From a virus, in IMG/VR virus record IMGVR_UViG_3300037067_006209, positions 1,252-65,251 of that record: a DNA stretch of 64,000 bases; one strand, written 5' to 3'. Below the pieces are notes generated by a model. It was not told where the DNA came from and made no database searches. It was given only the letters and a program-made list of their open reading frames with translations. This document shows positions 19,734 to 29,450 of the stretch, piece by piece. Numbering within the stretch: position 1 is the first letter of the stretch; each line of letters opens with the position of its first letter. The position numbers and the translations under genes were made by a program.

Positions 19734-20645
19734 ATGTTAAAAACAAAGTATGAAGAGATTGTAAATGTTCCGTCAATAGGAAAGTCAGAGAACCCAATAT
19801 TGATGAACGAACTATTAAAACTTGCCAATGTAGAACAGTTAACACCAGCAAGTAAAAATCCAGAAAAAGTTTTGGTTATAGGAATTGATGTGCAACAAGA
19901 TTTCATGGACAATGGAGCATTGGGAGTAGGAGGAGCTAATAAAGATGTTGAAAATTTTACAAAGTTTATTTATAACAATGTAAATGAAATTTCTCAAATA
20001 GCTGTATCTATTGATACACATACTCCATTCCAAATATTTCATCCTTGTTGGTGGGTAGATAGTAATGGGAATAATCCCCCACCATATACTGCAATTACAT
20101 TAGCAGATTTAGATTCTGGAAAATGGATGCCTGTAGTTAATCCAAAAGCAAGTAGAGAATATGTTGAACATCTTGAAAAGGATGGCAAGAAAGTATTAGT
20201 TATTTGGACATATCATTGTTTGCAGGGTACAAGTGGTTGTTCTTTGGAAAATCAATTTGCTAATATGGTTTACTTCCATTCAGTAGCTAAAAAGACAATG
20301 ACATTGAGACTTGTAAAAGGTCAAGACCCTTTATCTGAAATGTATGGAATTATAAAGCCTGAATACGACACTAAAAATTACATTAATATTGATTTTCTCA
20401 ATAAGATTGAGCAATTTGATAAGATTATAATTGGTGGAGAAGCAAAGAGCCACTGTGTAATGGAATCAATTAAGCAGATTCTTGAATATTATCAGAACAA
20501 ACCAGAAGTTACAAAGAAGATATTTATACTTGATGATTGTATGTCTTCTATACCAACTTTTGAAAAGCCAACAGAAGATGCTTTTAACAACTTTAAGAAG
20601 CAATACAAAGTAAATATAATTAAATCAATAGATTTGAAACTATAA
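19734..20645 (+). CDS. Nicotinamidase/isochorismatase-family cysteine hydrolase
   Basis: IDVQQDF, DTH..FH, WTYHC, KG, GEAKSHCV. Confidence 0.85.
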   Translation: MLKTKYEEIVNVPSIGKSENPILMNELLKLANVEQLTPASKNPEKVLVIGIDVQQDFMDNGALGVGGANKDVENFTKFIYNNVNEISQIAVSIDTHTPFQIFHPCWWVDSNGNNPPPYTAITLADLDSGKWMPVVNPKASREYVEHLEKDGKKVLVIWTYHCLQGTSGCSLENQFANMVYFHSVAKKTMTLRLVKGQDPLSEMYGIIKPEYDTKNYINIDFLNKIEQFDKIIIGGEAKSHCVMESIKQILEYYQNKPEVTKKIFILDDCMSSIPTFEKPTEDAFNNFKKQYKVNIIKSIDLKL

Positions 20646-20663
20646 TATTAGGAGGATAATATA

Positions 20664-21332
20664 ATGAGTGAAGAATTAGATATATTAGGAATGGATGAAG
20701 TAGAAATTGAGAATACTTCAGTAGATGAAATTGATAATGAAAGTGTAAATCTTATTTTTGTTGGAATTGATGGTTCAGGTTCTATGGGTGGGTATGTATC
20801 TGATATGAAGAAATCTCTTAATGATTTTAAGGATGCATTACTTAATTCAAAAGAAGTAGATGAAATTTTAGTTGCAAGAGCTGACTTTGCTGACAGAATA
20901 AATGTTGGTGGATATAAAAAAGTTTCTGAGTTTGATACAGTATATTCGGCTTCAGGTATGACAGCGTTATATGATGTTATTGTAGAAGGTAAAGATAAAC
21001 TTACTAATTACATGACATTTTTAAAAAATCAAGGTATGAGAGTTAAAGCAGTATTTGCAATCTTTAGTGATGGTGATGATACTTCTTCTCGTAAAATGAT
21101 TTCTGATGCTAAAAATAGCATAAAGTATTTAAATGATGAAGAAATTACAACTGCATTTATTAGTTTTGGTGGTGGAGCAACAAATGTTGCCAAAGCATTA
21201 GAATTTAAGAATATTCTCAATGTAGGTGGTTCAGCAGCAGAGTTGAGAAAAGCATTTAACTGTTTATCAAAATCTGTTATTGAAAGTTCAAAAGCTGTAG
21301 TAAATACAACAGATGATTTCTTTACAATGTAA
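20664..21332 (+). CDS. vWA domain protein (TerY-like)
   Basis: MIDAS DGSGS, GMTALYD, FSDG. Confidence 0.85.
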   Translation: MSEELDILGMDEVEIENTSVDEIDNESVNLIFVGIDGSGSMGGYVSDMKKSLNDFKDALLNSKEVDEILVARADFADRINVGGYKKVSEFDTVYSASGMTALYDVIVEGKDKLTNYMTFLKNQGMRVKAVFAIFSDGDDTSSRKMISDAKNSIKYLNDEEITTAFISFGGGATNVAKALEFKNILNVGGSAAELRKAFNCLSKSVIESSKAVVNTTDDFFTM

Positions 21333-21345
21333 GTGTTATTAAAAT

Positions 21346-21385
21346 AATATAGAGTAGGGTATTAATATAATCCTACTCTATATTA
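21346..21385 (+). terminator. Strong intergenic hairpin (terminator or mRNA-stabilising)
   Basis: AATATAGAGTAGG...CCTACTCTATATT inverted repeat. Confidence 0.6.
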
Positions 21386-21403
21386 CAATAAGGAGAGTAC
21401 ATA

Positions 21404-22030
21404 ATGTTTATTAATAAAGTTGGTCATGAACATAGGGAAACGGGATTAAATTGTCATGATTATGGATTTATAAATGATACAGTAAAGTGTGTTGTAGACG
21501 GTTGTTCTGAAGGATTACATTCAGAAATCGGAGCAAAGCTTTTCTGTCATTTATTTAATCAAGGATATTCAATAGATGAAATATTCAATAAGATATTTAT
21601 GGTTATTGATAATACTGCATTAAATATAAGAAATTATTTATGTTTCACTATATTATTTATTGAAGAAACTGAAGATAGTTTTATAGTAAATTATTGTGGT
21701 GATGGATTTATAATCAAGCAGAAACATGATAATACAATAGAATTTGATAAAATTGATGATGGTGAATATCCTAAATACTATGTATACAATTTTACTGATA
21801 AAAAGTATTTAAGCCATTATAAGGATGGAGTAGAAATACAACAATCAATCTTTCCTAAATCTGAATATAAAGCTATTGGCATTGCAACAGATGGACTTAG
21901 ATATATTTTTGATAAAGAATATGAACAAGAGTTTATAAATTTATTAGAAAAAGGTAAAGAAAGTGCTGTTAAAAGATTGGTTAATAGAGAATATAAACAT
22001 TTTAAAGATGATATTACAATCATTTTATAG
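21404..22030 (+). CDS. PP2C-family protein phosphatase
   Basis: G.EH...NCHD, VVDGCS, GDG, ATDG, DDITI. Confidence 0.85.
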   Translation: MFINKVGHEHRETGLNCHDYGFINDTVKCVVDGCSEGLHSEIGAKLFCHLFNQGYSIDEIFNKIFMVIDNTALNIRNYLCFTILFIEETEDSFIVNYCGDGFIIKQKHDNTIEFDKIDDGEYPKYYVYNFTDKKYLSHYKDGVEIQQSIFPKSEYKAIGIATDGLRYIFDKEYEQEFINLLEKGKESAVKRLVNREYKHFKDDITIIL

Positions 22031-22038
22031 GAGAGAAT

Positions 22039-23745
22039 ATGATAAATATTGATGATAAGTTTTTAAAACAAACTCCTTTAGCTGAAGGAGGAGAAGGTAT
22101 TATTTATGAATATAATGATAGTATTATAAAAATTTACAAATCCAATGTTGATAAAAACGAAAAATTAAAGAAGATACAATTATTAATGAGTAAACAATTA
22201 CCTTCTAATGTTATATCTCCAATAGATATCGTATACAATAAAAATCAGTTTGTTGGATTTATGATGAATAAAGTTGAAGGGGAAGAGTTTAAACGACTTT
22301 CAAATAAAAAGTTTATACAGATAAATAACATTAAAACTAAGGATATCCTAAAGATGCTAGTAGATATTAAAAATATCTTAGTAACTTTACATAGTCAAAA
22401 TATATTTATAAGTGATTTAAATGATTGCAATATTTTATTTGATAAGAATTTCAATGTATATTTTATAGATTGCGATAGTTGGACAATAGATAATGTTCAA
22501 TGTACTGTATGCATGGATTCTTTTAAAGACCCTTTACTCAAAGGTAATAATTTCTCATCGGAAACAGATAGTTTTGCATGGGCAACACTTATGTTCAAAT
22601 CATTAACAAAAATACATCCTTTTGGTGGAACAATGAATCCAGATATGGATATATTAGAAAGAATGAAAAACAGAATATCAGTTATAGAGAATCCTAGTGT
22701 CACAATTCCTAAGACTATAAATAAGTGGACATTCATATCACCTAAATTACTAAAAGAATTAAAAGAAACTTTTGAAACAAATAAAAGGGTTCTTATTAAT
22801 CAGACACTAGATGATTATTATAGTAATTTAAAATATTGCGACATAGATAATGAATATTACTATTCAAAATTTAATGAATGTCCTATATGTAATAGTACAG
22901 CCAAGGTTATTGATAAGCCTGTTAAGGTTGCTACTACTGCAAATGGTATCCCTATGTTATTGTACTTTACAAATGAGTTTATAAAAACAATATTATCATT
23001 AGAGTTATATATAGATAATGATAACTACGCTACTCATATTAAAACAGGCAAAAAAGTAAAATGTAAAAACAACTATAAATATTATTTTTCTGATGATGGT
23101 GAGATAATATATGCTGTAAGTAATAAAGCTATTCAGATAAAGACAAAAAGCAATCTATATACATTTGATAAAATCAATAAAAGTAATGTTCAAGTATTAG
23201 ATAAGAAAGTATACTATGTTAATTTAAATAATAATTTAGTTGAACTTAATATTACTGATAGTGGAAATTGTAATAAGTCTATCAGTAAAGTATCATTTAA
23301 TAATCTATTTGAAATCATAGACGATAAGAATTATTTTATATGCAATAATTATGATAATATGAAAATCATCAATATATCTGGTTATAACTATACTTATATG
23401 AATACATCAAAAATAGTTGATTATGGAATTCATTTTGATACAGTTACTAAAAGATGGTTATTTATTTTTGAAGATAGCAAGGGTAAATTTACAACAATGG
23501 TATTTGATAAAAACAATCTTATTTATCAAAGTGACAGTATTAAATATACAAACACTTTGAGTAACTTATGTTTTAATAACAATGTTATATTTAAACCTTG
23601 TGATGGAGCAATTAAGGGTTATAGCTATGAAAAGAATATTTACAAAGATTTTGAATGTAGTGTTGTCAATGAAGATAGTAAAATTGTAAAAAATAGCAAT
23701 AAGTTTATTGTTATCAATGAAAAAGAGATATATAAGATTGGATAA
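22039..23745 (+). CDS. Ser/Thr protein kinase-like protein with C-terminal beta-rich domain
   Basis: AEGGEGIIY, IIKIY, SDLNDCNIL, FIDCDS, IHPF. Confidence 0.85.
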   Translation: MINIDDKFLKQTPLAEGGEGIIYEYNDSIIKIYKSNVDKNEKLKKIQLLMSKQLPSNVISPIDIVYNKNQFVGFMMNKVEGEEFKRLSNKKFIQINNIKTKDILKMLVDIKNILVTLHSQNIFISDLNDCNILFDKNFNVYFIDCDSWTIDNVQCTVCMDSFKDPLLKGNNFSSETDSFAWATLMFKSLTKIHPFGGTMNPDMDILERMKNRISVIENPSVTIPKTINKWTFISPKLLKELKETFETNKRVLINQTLDDYYSNLKYCDIDNEYYYSKFNECPICNSTAKVIDKPVKVATTANGIPMLLYFTNEFIKTILSLELYIDNDNYATHIKTGKKVKCKNNYKYYFSDDGEIIYAVSNKAIQIKTKSNLYTFDKINKSNVQVLDKKVYYVNLNNNLVELNITDSGNCNKSISKVSFNNLFEIIDDKNYFICNNYDNMKIINISGYNYTYMNTSKIVDYGIHFDTVTKRWLFIFEDSKGKFTTMVFDKNNLIYQSDSIKYTNTLSNLCFNNNVIFKPCDGAIKGYSYEKNIYKDFECSVVNEDSKIVKNSNKFIVINEKEIYKIG

Positions 23746-23773
23746 TTCAAATTTTATTAAAAAAGGAGTGGTT

Positions 23774-24307
23774 ATTATTAAAATAATTAATTATTGGCTG
23801 CATTTTAAAACAATAACTAAACATAAATGGTATGTATTTAATGCCTGCAAAGATTGTGGAATTGTTTGGCGTGGTATTAAACATGACTTGTCTAAATTCT
23901 CTGTTAAAGAGTTTATTTCAAGTGCTAAGTACTTTCAAGGGAATAGTAGTCCTATAGATGCTGAAAAGATAGCTAAAGGTTATTCTATTGCGTGGCAAAA
24001 TCACAAAGGACACAATACCCATCATTGGCAATATTGGTTAGATAACAATGGAAAAGAAATAATTCCTTTGAAAATGCCTTATAAAGATTTAATTGAATTG
24101 ATATGTGATTGGATTGGAGCAGGTAAAGCATATAATAAAGGAAAGTGGACTCAAGAAGAACCTTGGAATTACTGGTGCAAGAATAAAGATAAGATGTTAT
24201 TTAATCAAGATACTTATATCTTTATTAATGAAACATTAAGGTACATAAAAGATTATGGATGGAGTAATTTTAGTTATACTATAAAAAAGAAAAATTGGGA
24301 GTATTAA
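23774..24307 (+). CDS. DUF5662-like HD-fold protein (probable ATT start)
   Basis: HKWYV..HDLSKF..HKGHNTHHWQYW..CDWIGAG; AGGAG RBS at 23764. Confidence 0.7.
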   Translation: MIKIINYWLHFKTITKHKWYVFNACKDCGIVWRGIKHDLSKFSVKEFISSAKYFQGNSSPIDAEKIAKGYSIAWQNHKGHNTHHWQYWLDNNGKEIIPLKMPYKDLIELICDWIGAGKAYNKGKWTQEEPWNYWCKNKDKMLFNQDTYIFINETLRYIKDYGWSNFSYTIKKKNWEY

Positions 24308-24308
24308 T

Positions 24309-24590
24309 ATGAGTAGAATATGGGAGCAATGTGTTAATTCAGTTGATTTATGTAAAGATATAGGTTGTGATTATATATTTTCATACAAACAAGGTGGATT
24401 TGGATTGATGCTTATTAAGGATGAAAAATGGATTGGGTTTATAGATGATTACATAAATATCCTTGGTGATGATTTTATAATTAATAAGATTAAAATATAT
24501 AATAATGAAGAACTATCATATAAACTTACACAGAAGTATATGGGTAAAATATTAATAACATGCAAATGTATTGATAATATTCAGTCATAA
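24309..24590 (+). CDS. Hypothetical protein
   Basis: ORF abutting upstream gene. Confidence 0.5.
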   Translation: MSRIWEQCVNSVDLCKDIGCDYIFSYKQGGFGLMLIKDEKWIGFIDDYINILGDDFIINKIKIYNNEELSYKLTQKYMGKILITCKCIDNIQS

Positions 24591-24655
24591 TATAAACAGC
24601 ATAAAACAATGATTTCGTATTAAAATAATATAAAACCTGAAAGGAGGAATATTAT

Positions 24656-24931
24656 ATGTTTAAAGAAGGTTATGTTGCTAATTTTTATGGCATGGGATAT
24701 CAAATTAAAGACATTTTAAAAGAAGAAGGAATTAAAGCACCAAAAGGATTTTTTGATTATGAAAATTTTTATGAAATGTTTAAAGTAGTAGATGATAGTC
24801 AAGAAGATTTTGTTGGAATATGGTTTGCTAATCTTGAAGAAGATATGTTTATTGATAATGATGGCGATTTAGTTAAAGAAACTCCTAATAAATTTTATGT
24901 AGATAGAGAAGACGTAACTATATGGGGATAA
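24656..24931 (+). CDS. Acidic hypothetical protein
   Basis: AGGAGG RBS. Confidence 0.65.
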   Translation: MFKEGYVANFYGMGYQIKDILKEEGIKAPKGFFDYENFYEMFKVVDDSQEDFVGIWFANLEEDMFIDNDGDLVKETPNKFYVDREDVTIWG

Positions 24932-25057
24932 TAAAATTTGTTCAATGTAATTAATTAAAACTTAACGTGGTGAGATTCCACGATAATATATTGACATAGA
25001 GCGAATTACTATTCGCAGAAATGCTTTATATAAAATAAATATATTGAGGTGTATGTT

Positions 25058-25414
25058 ATGGACAAAATTTTATAAGTTAAATATGGAACTATCTATAATA
25101 AAGAAATGACATTCGGTATAGATAATATGGCTGTTATTATAGATAAAGATGGTGATTCAGATGAGTATATGGATAAATACTATACTGATATGATATCAAA
25201 ATACAAAAAAGCAGGACTAGAAGATATATGTGATAATTTAGTTTATATTAAATTTGATAGATATGATGGTGTATTAACCATAGAGGAGATATGTACATTT
25301 GTTAATTATATGTTGATGTGTTCAGTTAATGGAAATAAAATTATGAATATGTTAAATATGTCTGCTAATGAAATTAAAAGTGAAATTGCTAGATTACAAG
25401 AAATTGGTTATTAA
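25058..25414 (+). pseudogene. Hypothetical gene with in-frame TAA at codon 6 (25073)
   Basis: GAGGTG RBS and ATG 25058 are in frame with ORF 25106-25414 but separated from it by TAA. Confidence 0.5.
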
Positions 25415-25438
25415 CTATTATAAATATAAATTAAACGC

Positions 25439-25467
25439 TTGACAATAATAAAATAATATAGTATACT
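25439..25467 (+). promoter_or_regulatory. SigmaA promoter
   Basis: TTGACA-17bp-TATACT. Confidence 0.7.
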
Positions 25468-25484
25468 AAGGATATGGTTAAGAG

Positions 25485-25688
25485 ATGTGCGAAATGAAAG
25501 GTTATTCACCAAGAGAATTTAAGATGATATTGGATAAGAACGGTTGGAGAGCAGACCATAGTAAGGGAAGTCATTGTACATATATTAAAAATGGAATGAA
25601 TTATCATGTAACATTTAGTGATAAAGGTAAAGAATTGCCAAGACCTTTGATTAAACGGATGATAAAGGAAGCAATGTTAATTGTTTAA
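25485..25688 (+). CDS. HicA-like mRNA interferase (dsRBD fold), no adjacent HicB seen
   Basis: ILDKNGW...KGSH..Y..VTF...ELP..LIK.MIKEA. Confidence 0.7.
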   Translation: MCEMKGYSPREFKMILDKNGWRADHSKGSHCTYIKNGMNYHVTFSDKGKELPRPLIKRMIKEAMLIV

Positions 25689-25942
25689 TTTGGTATTAAT
25701 AAAATAAATTTATTATAAAAGGAGAGTATTATGAAAAAATTAGTAATCACAGATGGGGTAAACTACATAGGATAAGATTTAAGTTTAAATGATGGACTTG
25801 GTGAGTACATAACAACACAAAACTTAGATGAGGCAAAGAATTTTAAATGGGCATGGTTATTTGCTTCAAAGAAGTTAATTTTAAATGGAATTAGATTTAT
25901 TTTTGGTAATGATTATAAATATAATTCAGTGGAGGTTAAATA

Positions 25943-26314
25943 ATGGAAGATTTTTCAGTAACAAAGATTGTGGTAGGTATAATTTTGATTCTAGCTTTGA
26001 TATTTGGATTATGTTGGATTGGTGGAGCATTTGATATATTCTTTGATAAAACAATTGGAGTAGAAAAAGCAAATGTACAAAGAGAAAAGTTTGAGCAATC
26101 CGCAAGTTATGTAAAAGGAATGGTAAGTGATTTAGCTAAGTATAAGTACGAATTTGAAACAGAAAAAGATACTACAGCAAAGAAAGCTATTATTGATGTG
26201 ATAATTTCAACTTACGCAGATTTTTCACCAGATAAGATTGATGATGCAAGTACCAAAACTTTCTTAAAGGATATTAAAGACGGTAAATATAATAATTTAG
26301 AGGAGAAAAAATAA
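25943..26314 (+). CDS. Membrane-anchored protein
   Basis: N-terminal TM helix, GGAGG RBS. Confidence 0.7.
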   Translation: MEDFSVTKIVVGIILILALIFGLCWIGGAFDIFFDKTIGVEKANVQREKFEQSASYVKGMVSDLAKYKYEFETEKDTTAKKAIIDVIISTYADFSPDKIDDASTKTFLKDIKDGKYNNLEEKK

Positions 26315-26315
26315 T

Positions 26316-26858
26316 ATGGAAAGAATTTTAAGTTTAGGACTGATAATGATTTTAAGTCTGTGTATGTTAACAGGATGCTATGAAGAATCTGCTACAGTAG
26401 ATAAACAACAGCAAGCACAACAGGAACAAATTTTACAAGAAATAAACAATCAAACAGGTCTTCCAAGTGTAACGAGTGGGACTGAAAAGAAAAATATGAA
26501 GAGAATAATTGAAGAAAGAGATAATAGTAAACTTGTTTGTTATGTTTACACTAAAAATACAATGACAGGAAAATATATCTTTGAAGGTAAATCTATAGGA
26601 TATCCTTTGCCATATGCAACACAATATACTAATCCAGAAAGAGAAGTTAATCATGGAAGCTATGGACAAATCACTCTTCCACAAGCAGACCCTTCGGGAT
26701 TATTTTCACCTGCAAGTGCAGATGCCACATGGGTTATGATGATTAATGAAGATACTGGTAAAACCGAAGTTTAATATTATGAAGATAAATTAAATGTTAC
26801 ACAAACAAAAAAAGCGAAAAGATTATGCGAAGAGTGGTCATTACCATCAAATTATTAA
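26316..26858 (+). pseudogene. Lipoprotein gene with premature in-frame TAA (26772-26774)
   Basis: Lipobox LTGC; frame continues 27 codons past the TAA (YYEDKLNVTQ...) to a stop just before the next ATG. Confidence 0.6.
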
Positions 26859-26859
26859 T

Positions 26860-27108
26860 ATGAGCGTTTTTGCATACACTATCATTTTTATAAGTATTCC
26901 CATTGTATTAGCTATTATATATGACATAAATAAAAAGTATAAGAAATCTAACGCTATTAAAATATCTAAACAAAAAGAAAAGGATTCACAATGGGAATAC
27001 TTCATATCTGAAAAATATAATGAAATGAAAATATGGGATTCTAACATTGAGTATGAAGAAGTTAAAAAGATTGTATTAGATACTGTTAAAAAGGAGCGAA
27101 GAAGATAA
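26860..27108 (+). CDS. Small membrane protein
   Basis: N-terminal hydrophobic helix. Confidence 0.5.
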   Translation: MSVFAYTIIFISIPIVLAIIYDINKKYKKSNAIKISKQKEKDSQWEYFISEKYNEMKIWDSNIEYEEVKKIVLDTVKKERRR

Positions 27109-27419
27109 TGATTAAATATGCAAGTATTGATGGTTATAAAAACTTAGGAGAAATAGAATTGTTTTCTCATTTGTATCAATTTATGGAGAAAGGCAAAGAA
27201 ACTCCTATGACTATTTTAATTCATGCTTATGAATGTGAAACAAAATTCTTTAAAGGATATGTATTCAATAATACTAAAACTTATAAGAGTATTCCTTTAA
27301 CAGAATTAGAGATTAAAGAAATTGAGAAGTATACTGGAACAGGACAACAAGTAGACTTTTTAAAGTTTATAATTGGTACTATAGTAGAAGATTATTATAA
27401 AGATTTTATGTGTGCATAA
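27108..27419 (+). CDS. Hypothetical protein
   Basis: Translationally coupled ORF. Confidence 0.55.
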   Translation: MIKYASIDGYKNLGEIELFSHLYQFMEKGKETPMTILIHAYECETKFFKGYVFNNTKTYKSIPLTELEIKEIEKYTGTGQQVDFLKFIIGTIVEDYYKDFMCA

Positions 27420-27434
27420 AGAAGGAGATTACAT

Positions 27435-27698
27435 ATGTGGATTAGAACTCAAGACAGAAAATATTTATGTGAAGTTTCTAAAAAGATTGGAATCATTCAT
27501 GACAATGAAGATACTGATATACCAGTGGGTATATTTAATTATGATTCTTCATTAACAATGTTAGGTGAATATTCCACCAAAGAGAGAGCATTAAAAGTAT
27601 TAAATGAATTACAAGAAAGTTTTATGAAGTTTGAAACATATTCAAATAAAAAGATGCTTAGTTTTAATGAGACAGTATATATAATGCCATTAGAATAA
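27435..27698 (+). CDS. Conserved phage hypothetical protein
   Basis: MWIRTQD..LGEYSTKERALKVL..YIMP pattern. Confidence 0.65.
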   Translation: MWIRTQDRKYLCEVSKKIGIIHDNEDTDIPVGIFNYDSSLTMLGEYSTKERALKVLNELQESFMKFETYSNKKMLSFNETVYIMPLE

Positions 27699-27926
27699 TT
27701 GCTATGAAATATATGTTCTATTACATAGGGAGATTATATCATGAATAATGAATTGTTTGTATTAAGATGTACACAATGTGGAGAAGAAATTTATATCCCA
27801 AATAAAAAAGGGAACACAGAAATAGAAGGAATAGAAATTTTCTTGGAAATGAACGATAATATAAGAATAGAATGTGATTGTGGTAATAAAATTATAATTT
27901 AATATTATGAGGGGGAAGTATATGAT

Positions 27927-28166
27927 ATGAGGTCATTGGAACAAATAATAGGCGATGATTTAGTAAAACTACATATAAAAGAACTAGAAAATAATATAGA
28001 ACAACTTTATGGCACTGAAGATACCTTTGTATGTTTTACTATTCAAAAAAGATTTGGTCAAGAATATGAAAAAAAGATAATAAAAGAAATAAGTTATGCA
28101 CAGTATACATATGAAATTGATAACGAAAATGATTCATTTAAAAAATTAAAAATATACATTGGATAG
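27927..28166 (+). CDS. Hypothetical protein
   Basis: GAGGGGG RBS. Confidence 0.5.
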   Translation: MRSLEQIIGDDLVKLHIKELENNIEQLYGTEDTFVCFTIQKRFGQEYEKKIIKEISYAQYTYEIDNENDSFKKLKIYIG

Positions 28167-28196
28167 AAGAAACATTTGATGATTAAGGAGAATTAT

Positions 28197-28364
28197 ATGA
28201 TTTCATGGTTAATTATAAAACTTTGTAGTTATGAATACAAGAAACAAAAGAAGAATAATTCATTATTTACTATTTTTTATATTAAAGGTACAGGAAAAGA
28301 TTATCCAAAGTCTTTATTATATACAGAAGTAGAGCGTGTTGCGAAACAAATGGATAATATTTGA
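28197..28364 (+). CDS. Small hypothetical protein
   Basis: AAGGAG RBS; bracketed by sites 28163 and 28364. Confidence 0.5.
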   Translation: MISWLIIKLCSYEYKKQKKNNSLFTIFYIKGTGKDYPKSLLYTEVERVAKQMDNI

Positions 28365-28381
28365 TGAAATTGACTTTTTAT

Positions 28382-28453
28382 TTACTATTTTAAAGTAATT
28401 TGAGGTATCTTTGCTAATGCAAGTTTAACCAACAAGCATGTAAATTAATGCTT
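28382..28453 (-). ncRNA. Structured RNA copy 1 (candidate guide scaffold)
   Basis: Hairpins AAGCAT/ATGCTT, TTGC/GCAA, TTACT/AGTAA; core AGATACCTCAAA; minus-strand TATAAT at 28466-28461 just upstream. Confidence 0.65.
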
Positions 28454-28528
28454 AATCAAAATTATAATAGTAATTGTAATAATTTTAAATACTTTTAGTT
28501 TATAATTTGTTTATTAATATAATTTACA

Positions 28529-28557
28529 TTGACATTGTAGCTCAATTAATGTATACT
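28529..28557 (+). promoter_or_regulatory. SigmaA promoter for HTH gene
   Basis: TTGACA-17bp-TATACT. Confidence 0.75.
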
Positions 28558-28630
28558 ATTAATTGTAAGATAACATCTCTTCCCTGTTACTACATAATTA
28601 TATATAATAGCTTATGGGAGAGTGAACATT

Positions 28631-28864
28631 ATGCAAATAAAAATAACCGAAAATAAAATAGAACACCAGATTGAAATATATCGTAAGAAAACTGGAGCAA
28701 CAAAAACTTGGATTGCCGAACAATTAGGAATGACTAAACAACGCATGTATGCTTTATTTAAAGCAGATAATATGATGTTAGATGTAGCATTAAGATTTGC
28801 TGAATTTTTAGAATGTGACATCAAGGATTTGTTTGAATATGAAGTAATTAATAATCGTAACTAA
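28631..28864 (+). CDS. Cro/XRE-type HTH transcriptional regulator
   Basis: TKTWIAEQLGMTKQRMY..ALRFAEFLECDIKDLF. Confidence 0.85.
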   Translation: MQIKITENKIEHQIEIYRKKTGATKTWIAEQLGMTKQRMYALFKADNMMLDVALRFAEFLECDIKDLFEYEVINNRN

Positions 28865-28892
28865 TATTATTTACTTTTTGTAATAAATATTA

Positions 28893-28973
28893 TTGACACT
28901 TTTAAAGTTATCCCTTATAATAGAAAATGTAAGTTAAAGGTTGCAACCATACTTACTTAATTTATTATAAGGG
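28893..28973 (+). promoter_or_regulatory. SigmaA promoter plus RBS-sequestering inverted repeat
   Basis: TTGACA-17bp-TATAAT; CCCTTATAATA (28912-28922) pairs with TATTATAAGGG (28963-28973). Confidence 0.7.
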
Positions 28974-28982
28974 GTGTCGATT

Positions 28983-29423
28983 ATGAAATTAGGTAAAGAA
29001 TGCGAATTAAATCAGTTGTTAAAATTTTTAAACATGAGGTGTGAAGTATCAATAAACTTTCATAATACTAATAATAATTTTATGAGTACATATGTCTATG
29101 AGAGTTTAGATTGTGACATTGGTAAATTCATTCTCTGTTTATTTGATGGTAGAAACCAAACTTTAAACACTAGAATTAATAATGAATTAATCTTAGAAGT
29201 TCGAAATAACTTTGAAGATGTTTATGACGATGTTGTACATATTTATACTGAAAACTTTATCCTATCCATTACTAAATTAGATCAGAAAATTGTCCTTCCT
29301 AAATGTAATCACTGTGGCTGTGAAATAGAACATAATGAGTATTGGTTAAGTGGTGCTTATGGTGATTTGAGATTGTGTGAGAATTGTTCTTATCCATTAT
29401 ATCCAAGTAATGAAGAAAATTAA
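28983..29423 (+). CDS. Hypothetical protein with C-terminal Zn ribbon
   Basis: CNHC...CENC. Confidence 0.65.
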   Translation: MKLGKECELNQLLKFLNMRCEVSINFHNTNNNFMSTYVYESLDCDIGKFILCLFDGRNQTLNTRINNELILEVRNNFEDVYDDVVHIYTENFILSITKLDQKIVLPKCNHCGCEIEHNEYWLSGAYGDLRLCENCSYPLYPSNEEN

Positions 29424-29450
29424 TAATATGAGTAGAGAGGAGGAGTAATC

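Noticed and set aside
25943-26858. Spanin pair (TM protein plus lipoprotein)
   Set aside because: No holin or endolysin nearby, the host appears monoderm, and no sequence support beyond topology
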